A stretch of DNA of 64,000 nucleotides, taken from IMG/VR virus record IMGVR_UViG_3300028792_000003, positions 1-64,000 of that record. The stretch is one strand, 5' to 3'. The position numbers and the translations under genes were made by a program. Within the stretch, counting starts at the first letter, position 1. Every line of letters begins with the position of its first letter. The notes under the pieces were generated by a model, which was not told the origin of the DNA, did no database searches, and was given only the letters and a program-made list of their open reading frames with translations. Below, in pieces: positions 37,728-48,242 of this stretch. The DNA is from a virus. Taxonomy: Duplodnaviria > Caudoviricetes.

Positions 37728-40559
37728 ATGGGCAAGTCAACCAGTTCATATTTTCCTGTGCACGCTCACTCGCAGTTCAGCACGCTCGACGGCATGAGCA
37801 AGGTTCCCGCCATGGTTGCCCGGGTAGCAGAGATGGGGCAGCCCGGCATGGCGTTGAGTGACCACGGGAACATGGCGGGCACCGTTCAGTTGTACAAGGC
37901 ATGCAAGCAACACGGGATCAAGGCTTTCCCCGGCATCGAGGCGTACCTGCTCGATCCTGCGTTCGAGGGTCTGCTGGACGAGTCGGGTACCGCAGGCCGG
38001 TTCCACTTCGGATTGCTCGCCCTGTCGGAGAAGGGCTACAAGGCCCTGGTGGACTTCACCAGCAAGACGCACACCCGGCCACGGTTCAGCAGGTTCCCCC
38101 GGGCCACTCTTAGTGACATCACGGCTCTAGGACGGGACTACGGGGATCACGTCGCTCTGACCACCGGCTGTCACTTCGGCTGGTTGCAGCAGACGCTGAT
38201 CAAGCACGGGCCGGACGCAGCGGACCGTGTGCTCAACATGTACACGCAGGCGTTCCCCAACACGTTCGTGGAACTGCACCAGCACAACATCGACGACCAC
38301 GACAGCCACGACGAGGAAGAAGAGTTGCACTACACGTCTGACTACGACGTGATGATGGAACTCTACAAGATGGCTAAGGCGTATGACTTGCCGGTTGTCG
38401 CTGGGCAGGACAACCACTACACGTTCCAGAAGGAGAAGCGCGCTCATTCGTTGATGAAGTCGATGACCTACGGCGGGACCGATGACGCCTTCCCCGGTGA
38501 CACGTTCCACCTGGCATCGGCCGACTGGATGGAAGAGCACTTCCCCGCCAAGGTCTGGAAGCGCATCGAAGCGGGTCACGAGCAACTGCTCGACCTGCAC
38601 CGGTTGAAGATCAAACCGCTGGACACCTACAAGATCGACGTCCCGCACATCATCGACAACCCCGAGAAGGTCGTCTGGGACACGGCACAGGCCAACCTGC
38701 GCAAGCACCTGAAACGCGACTCGGCCAACCAGGCAGCGCAGAAGAAGTACGAGGACCGGCTCGCGTTCGAGTGGGACATCATCGCTTACTTGGGCATGGC
38801 GGTGTACTTCGCCATCTGGATGGAGTTCGTCAAGTGGTGCAAGCAACAGCACATCGCTATCGAAGCGCGTGGCTCTGCGAACGGATCACTGATCGCGTAC
38901 GTCCTGGGCATCACGCAGGTTGACCCGATCAAGCACGGCACCGACTTCGAGCGGTTCATGTCCAAGGACCGGCTGAAGCCACCGGACGTGGACATGGACA
39001 TCGAGGACGCCCGACGAGGTGAAGCGCTCGCCTGGCTGGCCAAGAGGTTCGAATCATCCCAGATTGGCACCTGGAGCAAGTTGGGCAGCACCGTCGATCC
39101 CGAGACCGGCGAGGAGAAGGGGTCGGTTCTCCAGACGTGGTTCCAGTCCAAGCGGCGCATGTGCGAGAACCAGGCTTGGGACAAGGAGAAGCACCTCGCT
39201 GAGAAGCAGGACCGCAAGCCGGTCAAATACCAGGCGGTCGATGCTGGCAAGAAGCGGTTCGCCCGTGAGTTCGGCTGGGTCAAGTCCATGGAAGACGTAC
39301 GGAAGGTCAACAAGAGCGAGTACGAAGGGCTGCGCCGCCTGGCAGAGATGAACAGCGCGTTCAGGTCGTACGGCGTACACGCAGCGGGCGTTCTGCTGTC
39401 CGGGGAGCACATCAAGATCACGGACTACATCCCCCGGATGCTGGTCGCGTCGTCGGACACCACTGTCACTCAGTACGACATGGATGACGTGGAAGAGTTC
39501 GGCATCCTGAAGATGGACCTGCTCGGGCAGACCACGTTGTCGGTGATGCGCAGGTGCCAGGAACTGATCGGGTTGGACGATCCAACTGACTTCTCCTGGA
39601 TACCGATGGATGACCGGGCCGCGTACAGGTTGCTCAGAACGGGGCGGACTAATACCGGCATCTTCCACTTCGAGGGGTACACCAAGGCGAAGGGCGGGCG
39701 GGAACTGAAGGTCACCAACCTGAAGGACACGGTGCTGGTGCAGGCTCTGTACATGCCGGGCTGCATGGACGTCGCACCCGGGCAGAAGACCAGCCAGAAG
39801 GACTTGTACCTCCAGCGTCGCAACTCGGCGTCGGAACGGAAGAAGGTCACCTATCTGCACGGTGCGTTCGAGAAGGCCCTGAAGGAGACGCATGGTGCAG
39901 TGGTCTTCCAGGAGCAGGTCATCAACATCATGCGCGGTCTCGGCATGGACATCGCGGGCATCAATACCTTCTTCAAGGTGGTGAAGGACTCGGGCAAGGG
40001 GTCCGGGGAACGCAACCGGGAACGGATGGCAAAGGTCCGGAAGCAGTTCGACAGCCTGTGCCACCAAGAGGGGATTGACAGCGACGCGGCCTGGGGACAG
40101 ACAGCCGCGTTCGTGGCCTACGGGTTCAACCGCGCACACGCCACCGGGTACGCGATCCGCACTTACCGGTGTGCGTATCTGAAGGCGCACTACCCGCTGG
40201 AGTTTATGACCGCCCTGCTGGAATCCTGGGCTGGTCGGGACAAGGAGGCGCTGTACATCAAGGAAGCAAGACGGATGGAAATCCCCATCCTCCCGCCGCA
40301 CGTCAACATCAGCGGTGCGGCGTGGACGATGGATGCTAGCCGTGGCGCAATCCGCCGAGGTCTGCTATCAATCAAGGGTGTGGGTCCGGCTATCGCGGAC
40401 ACCATTGCAAGGAACGCACCGTACGACTCCGTGAAGGACTTGTGCGAGCGGACCAAGGGGGTCGGGGGAACCAAGAAGTTCTTGGACAACGATTCCTACA
40501 CAGGAGCGTTGGCTGCATTGCAGTCGGCGGGGGCTTTGAAACGACTGAAGGAGAACTAA
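37728..40559 (+). CDS. dnaE: DNA polymerase III alpha subunit (PHP + polymerase + HhH, no C-terminal OB domain)
   Basis: 'HAHSQFSTLDG', 'SDHG', 'RGSANGSL', 'PDVDMD', 'HAAGV', 'KMDLLG', 'YGFNRAHA'. Confidence 0.95.
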   Translation: MGKSTSSYFPVHAHSQFSTLDGMSKVPAMVARVAEMGQPGMALSDHGNMAGTVQLYKACKQHGIKAFPGIEAYLLDPAFEGLLDESGTAGRFHFGLLALSEKGYKALVDFTSKTHTRPRFSRFPRATLSDITALGRDYGDHVALTTGCHFGWLQQTLIKHGPDAADRVLNMYTQAFPNTFVELHQHNIDDHDSHDEEEELHYTSDYDVMMELYKMAKAYDLPVVAGQDNHYTFQKEKRAHSLMKSMTYGGTDDAFPGDTFHLASADWMEEHFPAKVWKRIEAGHEQLLDLHRLKIKPLDTYKIDVPHIIDNPEKVVWDTAQANLRKHLKRDSANQAAQKKYEDRLAFEWDIIAYLGMAVYFAIWMEFVKWCKQQHIAIEARGSANGSLIAYVLGITQVDPIKHGTDFERFMSKDRLKPPDVDMDIEDARRGEALAWLAKRFESSQIGTWSKLGSTVDPETGEEKGSVLQTWFQSKRRMCENQAWDKEKHLAEKQDRKPVKYQAVDAGKKRFAREFGWVKSMEDVRKVNKSEYEGLRRLAEMNSAFRSYGVHAAGVLLSGEHIKITDYIPRMLVASSDTTVTQYDMDDVEEFGILKMDLLGQTTLSVMRRCQELIGLDDPTDFSWIPMDDRAAYRLLRTGRTNTGIFHFEGYTKAKGGRELKVTNLKDTVLVQALYMPGCMDVAPGQKTSQKDLYLQRRNSASERKKVTYLHGAFEKALKETHGAVVFQEQVINIMRGLGMDIAGINTFFKVVKDSGKGSGERNRERMAKVRKQFDSLCHQEGIDSDAAWGQTAAFVAYGFNRAHATGYAIRTYRCAYLKAHYPLEFMTALLESWAGRDKEALYIKEARRMEIPILPPHVNISGAAWTMDASRGAIRRGLLSIKGVGPAIADTIARNAPYDSVKDLCERTKGVGGTKKFLDNDSYTGALAALQSAGALKRLKEN

Positions 40560-40563
40560 CAAC

Positions 40564-41056
40564 ATGTTCACCAGGGTGGAGCGTGACCCCCTACTGCCGC
40601 ACCAGATCGTCTTGGCGACGTCTCGCGGCGGTACTGACATCATTGTCAGTTGCAACTGTCTGCGGACGACGAAGAACTCGAAAGCCCGCAACGTGCATCA
40701 CGAACCCATCGCCACGGTGACGACCGTCCCGGAGGCGTGGAAGTACTACAACGATTCATCCAACCATGACAGCAGCAGCAAGACCCCGTTCACCGACGAG
40801 TGGAAGGGAGGTTCCCGTGCGCTATCTCAGGAAGCCGCTGTGGACCGAAAAGCAGCGGGAGCGGTACTGGCGCGGATTTATCCGCAGACTCGGCGGTCGG
40901 AAGTACGTGGACCCGAGGTACCGGGCAAGGTGCTTCAACTGCCGTAACAACTTCACCATGTTCAAGGACATTCAGATGCGGGGCCTCGAAATGAGGCCCC
41001 GTTTTCTGTTGTGCACCAAGTGCTGGAACGAGACTAAGGAAACAGGGGAACTCTAG
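40564..41056 (+). other. Two small overlapping Cys-containing hypothetical ORFs (40564-40947; ~40817-41056)
   Basis: CxC and CxxC motifs. Confidence 0.4.
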
Positions 41057-42198
41057 TGGCCACCAAGGCAACCAAGGCCCGCGAGTTGATGAACAACGTC
41101 AACAAGGCACTGGGCGAAGAAGCCATCCGCATGGGCAGCGACAAGTCGTTCGTCGTGAAGTACATCAACACAGGCATCCTCCCCATCGACGCACTGCTGG
41201 CGGGCGGCATCCCGCTGGGCCGGTTCACGGTGCTGACAGGTGACTGGAGCACGCTCAAGACGTACATCGGTCTGTGCGCCATCAGAGAGGTGCAGGCAGC
41301 CGGTGGCATCGCCGCCCTGATCGACACCGAGCGGACGTTCGATCCACAGTGGGCCAAGTCCATTGGTATCAACGTGGACGATCTGCTGCTGTACCCGTCC
41401 CGCGACGTCGAAGACCTGACCACCATCAGCGGTGAGATGGCCATCGACGCTGCGGAAGCGATGGTGCGCAACGGGGTGGACCTGCTGGTGTTCGACTCGG
41501 TGGCTGCTGCACTGCCGGAAGCAGAGCGCAAGAAGCGGATGCACGACGAGAACATCCAGCCTGGTCGGCTGGCCGCGCTGATGTCTGCCGCGTGCCGTCG
41601 TCTGACTGCCGCGAACAACAAGACGGCAGTCATCTGGATCAATCAACTCCGGGAGAACATCGGTGTGTCCTTCGGTCCCACTACCAAGGCAACCGGTGGA
41701 CGTGCTCTGCCATATTTCGCGTCCTACATCCTCAACATCAAGAAGGTCGGCAAGATCACCCGGGACGTGAAGTACCACAACGGTGAGAAGTGGCAGTCCG
41801 GCAAAGAGCAGATCGGCCAGAAGTTCCAGGCCGAACTCCAGAAGAGCAAGTTGAACAAGCCGTTCCGGGACGTCTGGTTCGACTACTCGATGGAAGACAG
41901 CGCCATCGACGAGGTGGGGTACATGATCGCGCAGGGGATCGAGCACGGCTGGATCACCCAGAAGGGCGCGTCGTATTCCTACGGGCCACACAAGGCCGTA
42001 GGACGCGACAAGTGGCGTCAGACGGTTCTGGCTACCCCGGCGCTCTACGAGGCGCTTGAATCGGCTGTCAGGGACCACCACGGCATCCCCCAGGCCAGCA
42101 AGACGGCCCAGAAGCACCGGAAGCATGTTGCGGCAGTAGTAGCCGCTCCGGCGCAGCAGAAGAAGAAGCCAGTGCTAGCGAAGAAGACACTCCGGTAG
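41056..42198 (+). CDS. recA: RecA-like recombinase
   Basis: 'TGILPIDALL.GGIP.GR', 'IDTE', 'VFDSVAA', 'INQLRE', 'TGGRAL.YFAS'; variant P-loop GDWSTLKT. Confidence 0.92.
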   Translation: MATKATKARELMNNVNKALGEEAIRMGSDKSFVVKYINTGILPIDALLAGGIPLGRFTVLTGDWSTLKTYIGLCAIREVQAAGGIAALIDTERTFDPQWAKSIGINVDDLLLYPSRDVEDLTTISGEMAIDAAEAMVRNGVDLLVFDSVAAALPEAERKKRMHDENIQPGRLAALMSAACRRLTAANNKTAVIWINQLRENIGVSFGPTTKATGGRALPYFASYILNIKKVGKITRDVKYHNGEKWQSGKEQIGQKFQAELQKSKLNKPFRDVWFDYSMEDSAIDEVGYMIAQGIEHGWITQKGASYSYGPHKAVGRDKWRQTVLATPALYEALESAVRDHHGIPQASKTAQKHRKHVAAVVAAPAQQKKKPVLAKKTLR

Positions 42199-42417
42199 AA
42201 GTAGCGCCGTGGACACCCGATACGAACCAACCAGAAAGAACCTCGAAGGGTTCATGGCCAAGCAAGGTGTCTACACCGTGCAGTTGGCTAGTCCGATTGA
42301 CTTGCCGATTGTCCGGAGCAGGGTGCAGGTGATGGCGGCGAAGCACAACAGGTCACTCGTCACCCGGTACGACGAGAAGAAGTGCCTGTTGGAAGTGAAG
42401 GTAGGGGAGCACATCGC

Positions 42418-42735
42418 ATGACCGGCCAGTCGGAACTTCCCTGGTCACCCAGGACCAGGCAGAAGATGGGCGAGAAGACAGAGCAGCAGATCGTCAAGAA
42501 GCGTGGTGGCCGGGTTCATCCCCGGTCCGGTGCTGGCTCTATCAAGGACGACGGATCATCCGACTTCGAAGTGATGGAGATTAAGGATGCCAACAAGTCC
42601 TACACGCTGAACGGCAAGGAACTCGAAGGTCTGTACCGGCGAGCGACGCGTCAGAACAAGGATGCTTCGTTCATCATCTACTTCACCGGAGCAGACCTGA
42701 CTGCCACCATCAACATCACCAAGGGCAAGGGGTAG
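42418..42735 (+). CDS. PD-(D/E)xK Holliday-junction resolvase-like nuclease
   Basis: 'E..I.....G..HPRSGA...KDD......EIK'. Confidence 0.65.
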   Translation: MTGQSELPWSPRTRQKMGEKTEQQIVKKRGGRVHPRSGAGSIKDDGSSDFEVMEIKDANKSYTLNGKELEGLYRRATRQNKDASFIIYFTGADLTATINITKGKG

Positions 42736-42743
42736 GTACGACC

Positions 42744-43490
42744 ATGGAAGAGCAGGCACCAGAAACAGCACAAGAATGGATGGACAAGATGCTCGCCTGG
42801 AAGAGCGAGCCTCTGATCCCGGAACTTCTCGGGTATGTAGAGAAACTGCCCGGGTTCGGCACCGTCCTACGCAGCCCGTTGGTGTATCAAGTCCCGTTGT
42901 TCACACCGGGCCAGGCCAATGAGACGTACCGGCTGAAGAAGAAGGCCGTCAAAGAGGCCGAGGCTCGCAACGACATGGGTTCCGTTGTGTTTCTGCACGA
43001 ACGCGCCTATCGGCTAGACGCGCTTGTCAGGTACGTCGTCGGTGCTGACGAACTCACCGAACAGCCGTGCTCGCTGGTAGGGCTCGATCAGGAAGCCCGT
43101 GATCTGGCTGCCGACGTATGGATTGATTCCGAGAACATCGACCAGTACCTGGATGTCTGGGGCGCTCTCTTCCGGGGCTGGGAGCCTGACATGCCACTGC
43201 TGCTGGGCGACCGTGACGAGCAGGCGGAGTTCAACGCCATGCCGGATGTGCTCCGTGTGTACCGGGCAGGCATCGACGATGGTGGTTGGTCGTGGACGTT
43301 GGACCCGAAGATCGCCGTCTTCTTCGCCAAGAGGTTCGGCAGCGACCACCCGATGGAGACAGCCATCGTCAAGAAGTCGGACGTGTTCGGTTACTTGTCC
43401 CGGCGAACTGAGTCGGAGGTGCTGGTTGCCGATGGTGCAGCCCTGTTCGACAAGCGGCCCTATGTTCACGTGGAAGATGTCGAGCGGTGA
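42744..43490 (+). CDS. Hypothetical protein with possible ADP-ribosyltransferase-like R-S-E motif pattern
   Basis: 'VYRA', 'SWTLD...A..FA', 'ESEVLV'. Confidence 0.4.
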   Translation: MEEQAPETAQEWMDKMLAWKSEPLIPELLGYVEKLPGFGTVLRSPLVYQVPLFTPGQANETYRLKKKAVKEAEARNDMGSVVFLHERAYRLDALVRYVVGADELTEQPCSLVGLDQEARDLAADVWIDSENIDQYLDVWGALFRGWEPDMPLLLGDRDEQAEFNAMPDVLRVYRAGIDDGGWSWTLDPKIAVFFAKRFGSDHPMETAIVKKSDVFGYLSRRTESEVLVADGAALFDKRPYVHVEDVER

Positions 43491-43864
43491 AGCAGACACC
43501 ACTGGAAGCCATCTACCTGGAGGGCTACCCGCTCCGGGTGCAGGCGTACCGGACCCTGATGCGGGCAGGCATCACGACGGTGGAAGAACTCATCGGCCGG
43601 GACGTGTACCTGACCAGGACAGCGGAAGGCCCGTCTCCGTTCGCGGAAGACGACTGGGGTGTTCCGATCCGCACGGGAGCAGAGGCAAACGCGTGGGCAC
43701 AGTGGATGGACTACCGGCACCGCTACGGTCTGGCAGAACTGAAGAACATCGGACCACGAGCACTGCACCAGTTGTCGATCATCCGGGAAGAGATGATCGA
43801 ACGTTGGCGTACTCGCACTGAACTTGAACGGGTTGCTCCGGCCAAGGAATGGTCATTCGACTGA
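43487..43864 (+). CDS. RNA polymerase alpha-CTD-like protein
   Basis: 'RTLMRAGITTVEEL' and 'ELKNIGPRAL' HhH-like segments. Confidence 0.5.
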   Translation: MKQTPLEAIYLEGYPLRVQAYRTLMRAGITTVEELIGRDVYLTRTAEGPSPFAEDDWGVPIRTGAEANAWAQWMDYRHRYGLAELKNIGPRALHQLSIIREEMIERWRTRTELERVAPAKEWSFD

Positions 43865-44073
43865 ACAGACAAGACAAGAAAGCGAACAACAACAACATGA
43901 ACATCTTGCTGATGGCTTTCGCCCTCGGCGTGCCGATTCTTTTCATCATCTGCTCCAAGGTGATCGTCAGGCTGGTCTTCTACGGGATCGTCCTGTACGT
44001 CTCCTGGGGCATGATCCTGTCCACGTTCGGCATCGGCTGGGCACCCATCAAGTAACAAAGGACTGACAGACAC

Positions 44074-44835
44074 ATGGCACCTCACCGAAGAGCAACCATC
44101 CGACTTGGCACGTTCAACGTCCCGTTCAACCTGCACGTCGGGACTGCCGACGCGGAGATCACCAAGTTCATCGAACTGGCCGACCCCGACGTGTTCGGCA
44201 CCCAGGAGATGTGGGGCAACGACCGGGACCAGATCATCAACAACTGCCCCGGGTGGGCATGGCACCGGCCCAAGCAGACCGCACACAGCGACGAGTGCAC
44301 CATCTTCTGGAGCAAGGACAGGTTCAAGGCACTGGACCACTTCTGCTACCAGATCGCACCGCCGATGGAAGGAGGTGCCGCCCCGGGCAGGTTCCTCAAC
44401 GGCGTGCTATTGCACTCGCTCGACCTGAACCGGAACGTCTGGTTCCTGAACACGCACCTGGATGCTCTGTCCAACATCAACGGCGACAGGAACCGCATCC
44501 GGAGCGAGGTGCAGGCGATCAGTGGGGAGATCGCGCGCCTGTCGAAGTACGGAGTGCCGGTCTTCATGGTGGGTGACTTCAACCAGAACTACTTCCGGAA
44601 GCCGATGTTGCGCGATGCATTTCACTCGGTGCGGACCCATGCGAACTGGGAACTCTACGGACGTAAGCCGCTCTGGTACGGCACGCACGGCAGGTCGTAC
44701 ATCGACACGTTGTGGATCAACCGGCCCGTCCACCACAACATCAAGATCGAGCACCAGCAGGTTCACCGTGGCTACAAGTCAGACCATCGACCTTTGACGG
44801 TGGACGTTTCCATGCCAGTACGACCGAAGGAGTGA
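44074..44835 (+). CDS. Endonuclease/exonuclease/phosphatase family protein
   Basis: 'TFNV', 'GTQE', 'NTHL', 'GDFN', 'ID', 'SDHRP'. Confidence 0.88.
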   Translation: MAPHRRATIRLGTFNVPFNLHVGTADAEITKFIELADPDVFGTQEMWGNDRDQIINNCPGWAWHRPKQTAHSDECTIFWSKDRFKALDHFCYQIAPPMEGGAAPGRFLNGVLLHSLDLNRNVWFLNTHLDALSNINGDRNRIRSEVQAISGEIARLSKYGVPVFMVGDFNQNYFRKPMLRDAFHSVRTHANWELYGRKPLWYGTHGRSYIDTLWINRPVHHNIKIEHQQVHRGYKSDHRPLTVDVSMPVRPKE

Positions 44836-44838
44836 GCG

Positions 44839-46572
44839 ATGCCGCTCAACCTGCGTGACATCGCCAAGGCCGCGAATAACAACGACACGGTGATGACTCC
44901 ACTGATCCAGGACTGGTTGCTACAGCACGGAGACGAGGAGTACGACCGGCACATCGCTGACTGGATCAGGGATCAACTGGTCACCAAGCCCCGGAACAGG
45001 TCCGCATCGTTCAGCGCGTCTTCTGCGGGAGGTTGCCCTCGTGCGCAGCAGTTGCAGTACCTGGGTATCCGGGGACTTGACTCGGTGGACGTGCGGTTGC
45101 AGAACATCTTCAACGACGGCAAGTGGCGTCACCTCCGCTGGCAGGCGATGTCGTTCATGGCAGAAGCACTGACCAAGGCCGAGATGCCGTTGTTCTGGCG
45201 CAACATGCGGTCCAGAGGGACCATCGACGGCTACGGCATCGTTCCTGACGATCACCCGCGTGCACTGTGGCGCGGGATGGACTACGGCTTCGAGTTGAAG
45301 GGTATGAACCCCTTCGGCTACCAGAAGGCGATCAAGGGCGACCCGGAGATGAAGCATGAACACAAGTTGCAGGTGCATCGGTACTTCCTGATGGGCGGCT
45401 TCGACCTGTTCGTGATCATCTACGAGAACAAGGGTTGTGTTCCTGAATACACGCGTTGCATGACCCGACGTGGCTGGACATATCACTACGACCTCGTTGA
45501 TGGTGACGAGATTCTGACCTACAACATGGAGCAAGATTGCATGGAGTGGGAGCCATATCAGAACAAAGTTGTCTACGAAGCAGACAGCGCTCCTTTGTAT
45601 CGTGTTGGCAACAAGCACCAGGAGTTCGTCACTACACGCGATCATCGCTGGGCTGTGCGAGACCAACAAGGCAACATGTCAGTGCGACGTACCGATCAAC
45701 TGAATTCAAACAGTTGGGTGCCGTTCCACGCTCCTTACGAGCAGAAGTCATCTGTCTGTACACCGTATGAGGCGGAAGCGATTGGCTGGGTCGCTTCAGA
45801 TGGCTGGATCAGCGACCACAAGTGGTACACCATCGCTCAATCGAAACCCGAAGGGACCAAGGCTCTCGATGCTTTGCTAGAGCCTACCGATCTGAACGTG
45901 CAGGGGCCGTACGACGGCATGTATTACTACTACCTGAAGGGGCCGTTGCGCAGCAGGCTGAGAGAACTGCTTCCGACCAAAGACCACTTGCCCTCCCTAG
46001 TAACGCGAATGGATCGTCCTGCCTTAGAGGCGTTCGTGCGCGGTTGCTTGGGAGGTGACGGGTCATGGGCACCTACTGGTATGGAATTGCAGTTCTGCCA
46101 GAACGATGGCTTGGTCAAGGAAGCCTTCCAGATCGCCTGTACCTTGTTGGGAATTAGATACAACATCAACGAAGGCAAGTTGAGTGGCTATCTTGGTAAC
46201 CGTCGTTGGATGCGCACTTACACTTCCGTTGCTCTCCCGCAATACGAACGAGTGTGGTGTCCCAAGACGACCAACGGTTTCTGGCTCATGGAGCAGAACG
46301 GCAAGGCCGTCATCACAGGCAACACCCAGGAATGGCACGAGTGGGTGATCGAGCCAGACGACGAGTACCTGGAAATGTCGCAGGCAGAACTCGAACTCCT
46401 CAACGACGGGATCGACAACCAGCGACTGGCCCCGGTACTGAACCAGTGCAAGGTTCACACCGGGCAGTTCAAGGAGTGCACGTTCGGGATGCAGCCGGGT
46501 AACTCCCCGTGCCTTCGGGCAGGACGCTGGCCGAACATCCAGACCAGCAAGAGCAAGAAGGGCAGTAAGTGA
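44839..46572 (+). CDS. Cas4-like PD-(D/E)xK exonuclease containing an intein
   Basis: 'SASS...CPR', 'G...H', 'GTIDG', 'ELK', 'Q...Y', C-terminal Cys cluster. Confidence 0.8.
   Translation: MPLNLRDIAKAANNNDTVMTPLIQDWLLQHGDEEYDRHIADWIRDQLVTKPRNRSASFSASSAGGCPRAQQLQYLGIRGLDSVDVRLQNIFNDGKWRHLRWQAMSFMAEALTKAEMPLFWRNMRSRGTIDGYGIVPDDHPRALWRGMDYGFELKGMNPFGYQKAIKGDPEMKHEHKLQVHRYFLMGGFDLFVIIYENKGCVPEYTRCMTRRGWTYHYDLVDGDEILTYNMEQDCMEWEPYQNKVVYEADSAPLYRVGNKHQEFVTTRDHRWAVRDQQGNMSVRRTDQLNSNSWVPFHAPYEQKSSVCTPYEAEAIGWVASDGWISDHKWYTIAQSKPEGTKALDALLEPTDLNVQGPYDGMYYYYLKGPLRSRLRELLPTKDHLPSLVTRMDRPALEAFVRGCLGGDGSWAPTGMELQFCQNDGLVKEAFQIACTLLGIRYNINEGKLSGYLGNRRWMRTYTSVALPQYERVWCPKTTNGFWLMEQNGKAVITGNTQEWHEWVIEPDDEYLEMSQAELELLNDGIDNQRLAPVLNQCKVHTGQFKECTFGMQPGNSPCLRAGRWPNIQTSKSKKGSK
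45436..46323 (+). mobile_element. Intein (296 aa) with LAGLIDADG endonuclease and Gly-Asn C-terminus
   Basis: Starts CVPEYT; 'TRDHRW'; 'IGWVASDG' and 'RGCLGGDG'; ends 'VWCPKTTNGF...ITGN'; +1 residue Thr; more AT-rich than its flanks. Confidence 0.9.
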
Positions 46573-46573
46573 C

Positions 46574-47681
46574 ATGCGGAAGAAGACTGACAAGCCTGCC
46601 AAGAAGCAGGAGTCGCCTGAGCAACCTCCCCGCTCGAAGAAGCGCAAGCCGCCCAAGAAGACTCTGCGTGCGTTCGAGTTGGGTGAAGGAATGCCCAACC
46701 TCACCGAACTTGCGGCAGAACTGGATGCCATGACGGACGTCCTGTGTGGGCGTGTCGAACCGCCGATTGACCACGGCACACTCACACTGATGGAAGTGGC
46801 AGACGGTTACTTCGCACGGGCAAGTGAGATGGCTATGAAGATTCATAGGCTGGAGCGTCGGGGTCAGATCACGAAGACATCCGCGCACTACAAGTTCAGG
46901 ACAGGCGAACTGCGCGACTTCACCGAGATGGCCAAGCGTGCAGCAGACCTGGGCAGCAGGCGTTTGACCGAAGAGACGCTCCAGTACGAGATGGCCAAGT
47001 TCGGCAGAGAATCCAAAGGGCAGGTGTTCCGATGAACCACGAAGACGACAGCAGCATGTTCAACGCCATCACCGATGGGCAGTACGGCATGGCCGAGAAG
47101 ATGGCTGGTACCGACATGTACCAGGCACAGGTCGATTCGGTACAGGCCCACACTCAACTGATGCTCGCCCACGAGGAGAGTGTCGTCAGCAAGAACCGGC
47201 TCCGGGATCAGATCTGCGCCACACTCACGGTGTCGTTCTTCGTCGGCCTCATGGTGTTGGTTCCGGTGATCGTGCACCTGTGGTTCTGGGCCATCCCGTG
47301 AGCACATCTCAACAGCGTCCTAAGCGGGTGCTGAAGGCACGCAACCTGCCGACACAGGACAAGCGCCCCACCTGCCCGCTGCACGACCTGAAGATGCCCT
47401 ACAACATCGACGAACTCCGGTGGGAGTGTCCCCGTCAAGGGTGTGCGCAGGTGGTGTTCCCCAAAGCCACCGTCGAGAACGGCAGACCGGTGCTGGGCCG
47501 TGGTGAGGTTGAACTCTTCAGGATGCTCAACCCTGACACCGGTCAGTACCACTACTTGCTACGATCATCCGAGAACAACGTGATGATCGACATCACGGAG
47601 AACATGACTGGTGCCGTGGACAGCATCGTAGGCAGCAAGGCTTCCTTTGGGGTCCAGGCACTTATAGCGGGGGACTGGTAG
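46574..47681 (+). other. Hypothetical genes (46574-47035, 47032-47301, ~47298-47681 with Zn ribbon)
   Basis: Coupled ORFs. Confidence 0.55.
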
Positions 47682-47684
47682 GAC

Positions 47685-48242
47685 ATGAGCAACACCGTGG
47701 TGAGAACTGTCGTCATAGGCATTGACCCTTCGTCCAAGAAGATCGCCGCCACTGTCACAGTCAACGGAGCGGAACCAACCCTGCGTATCAGGCCGCTGCC
47801 CACCGGCAGGCGAGACACGCCCCGGCAGTTGTTTCTGGCCGGTCGCTGGTTCCGCCGACTCATCATGGAGTTCGACCCGCAGAGCAATGACGTATATGTC
47901 TACATCGAGAACCCGTTCGTGTCTCCGAAGACGATCCGGGCATGCCTGCCACTGGCCCGGATGCACGGACATCTGATGGCCACCGCTTACGCATGTGGAG
48001 TCAAGGTCGTTGACGGGGTGGACATCAGCCGGTGGAAGTCGGTTTCCATCGGCAAGGGCAACGCATCCAAGACGGAGATCATGGCGTGGGTGCGCAAGTG
48101 CTGGCCCCAGGCCGCAGAGCAGGTCGGCAAGGACCAGGACAAGGCAGACTCGGCTGGGATCAACGTGTACGGCCAGCACATGGTGAAGCAGATCAAGAAG
48201 ATCGAACGACTGAAGGAGAAGAACAGTGCCGACCAAGGCTAG
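47685..48242 (+). CDS. RuvC-like Holliday junction resolvase
   Basis: 'VIGIDPS', 'YIE', 'WK....GKGNASK', 'D.ADS'. Confidence 0.85.
   Translation: MSNTVVRTVVIGIDPSSKKIAATVTVNGAEPTLRIRPLPTGRRDTPRQLFLAGRWFRRLIMEFDPQSNDVYVYIENPFVSPKTIRACLPLARMHGHLMATAYACGVKVVDGVDISRWKSVSIGKGNASKTEIMAWVRKCWPQAAEQVGKDQDKADSAGINVYGQHMVKQIKKIERLKEKNSADQG

Noticed and set aside
44839-46572. Cas4-like gene as part of a CRISPR-Cas system
   Set aside because: No repeat-spacer array or other cas genes; stand-alone Cas4-like nucleases are common in phage recombination modules.
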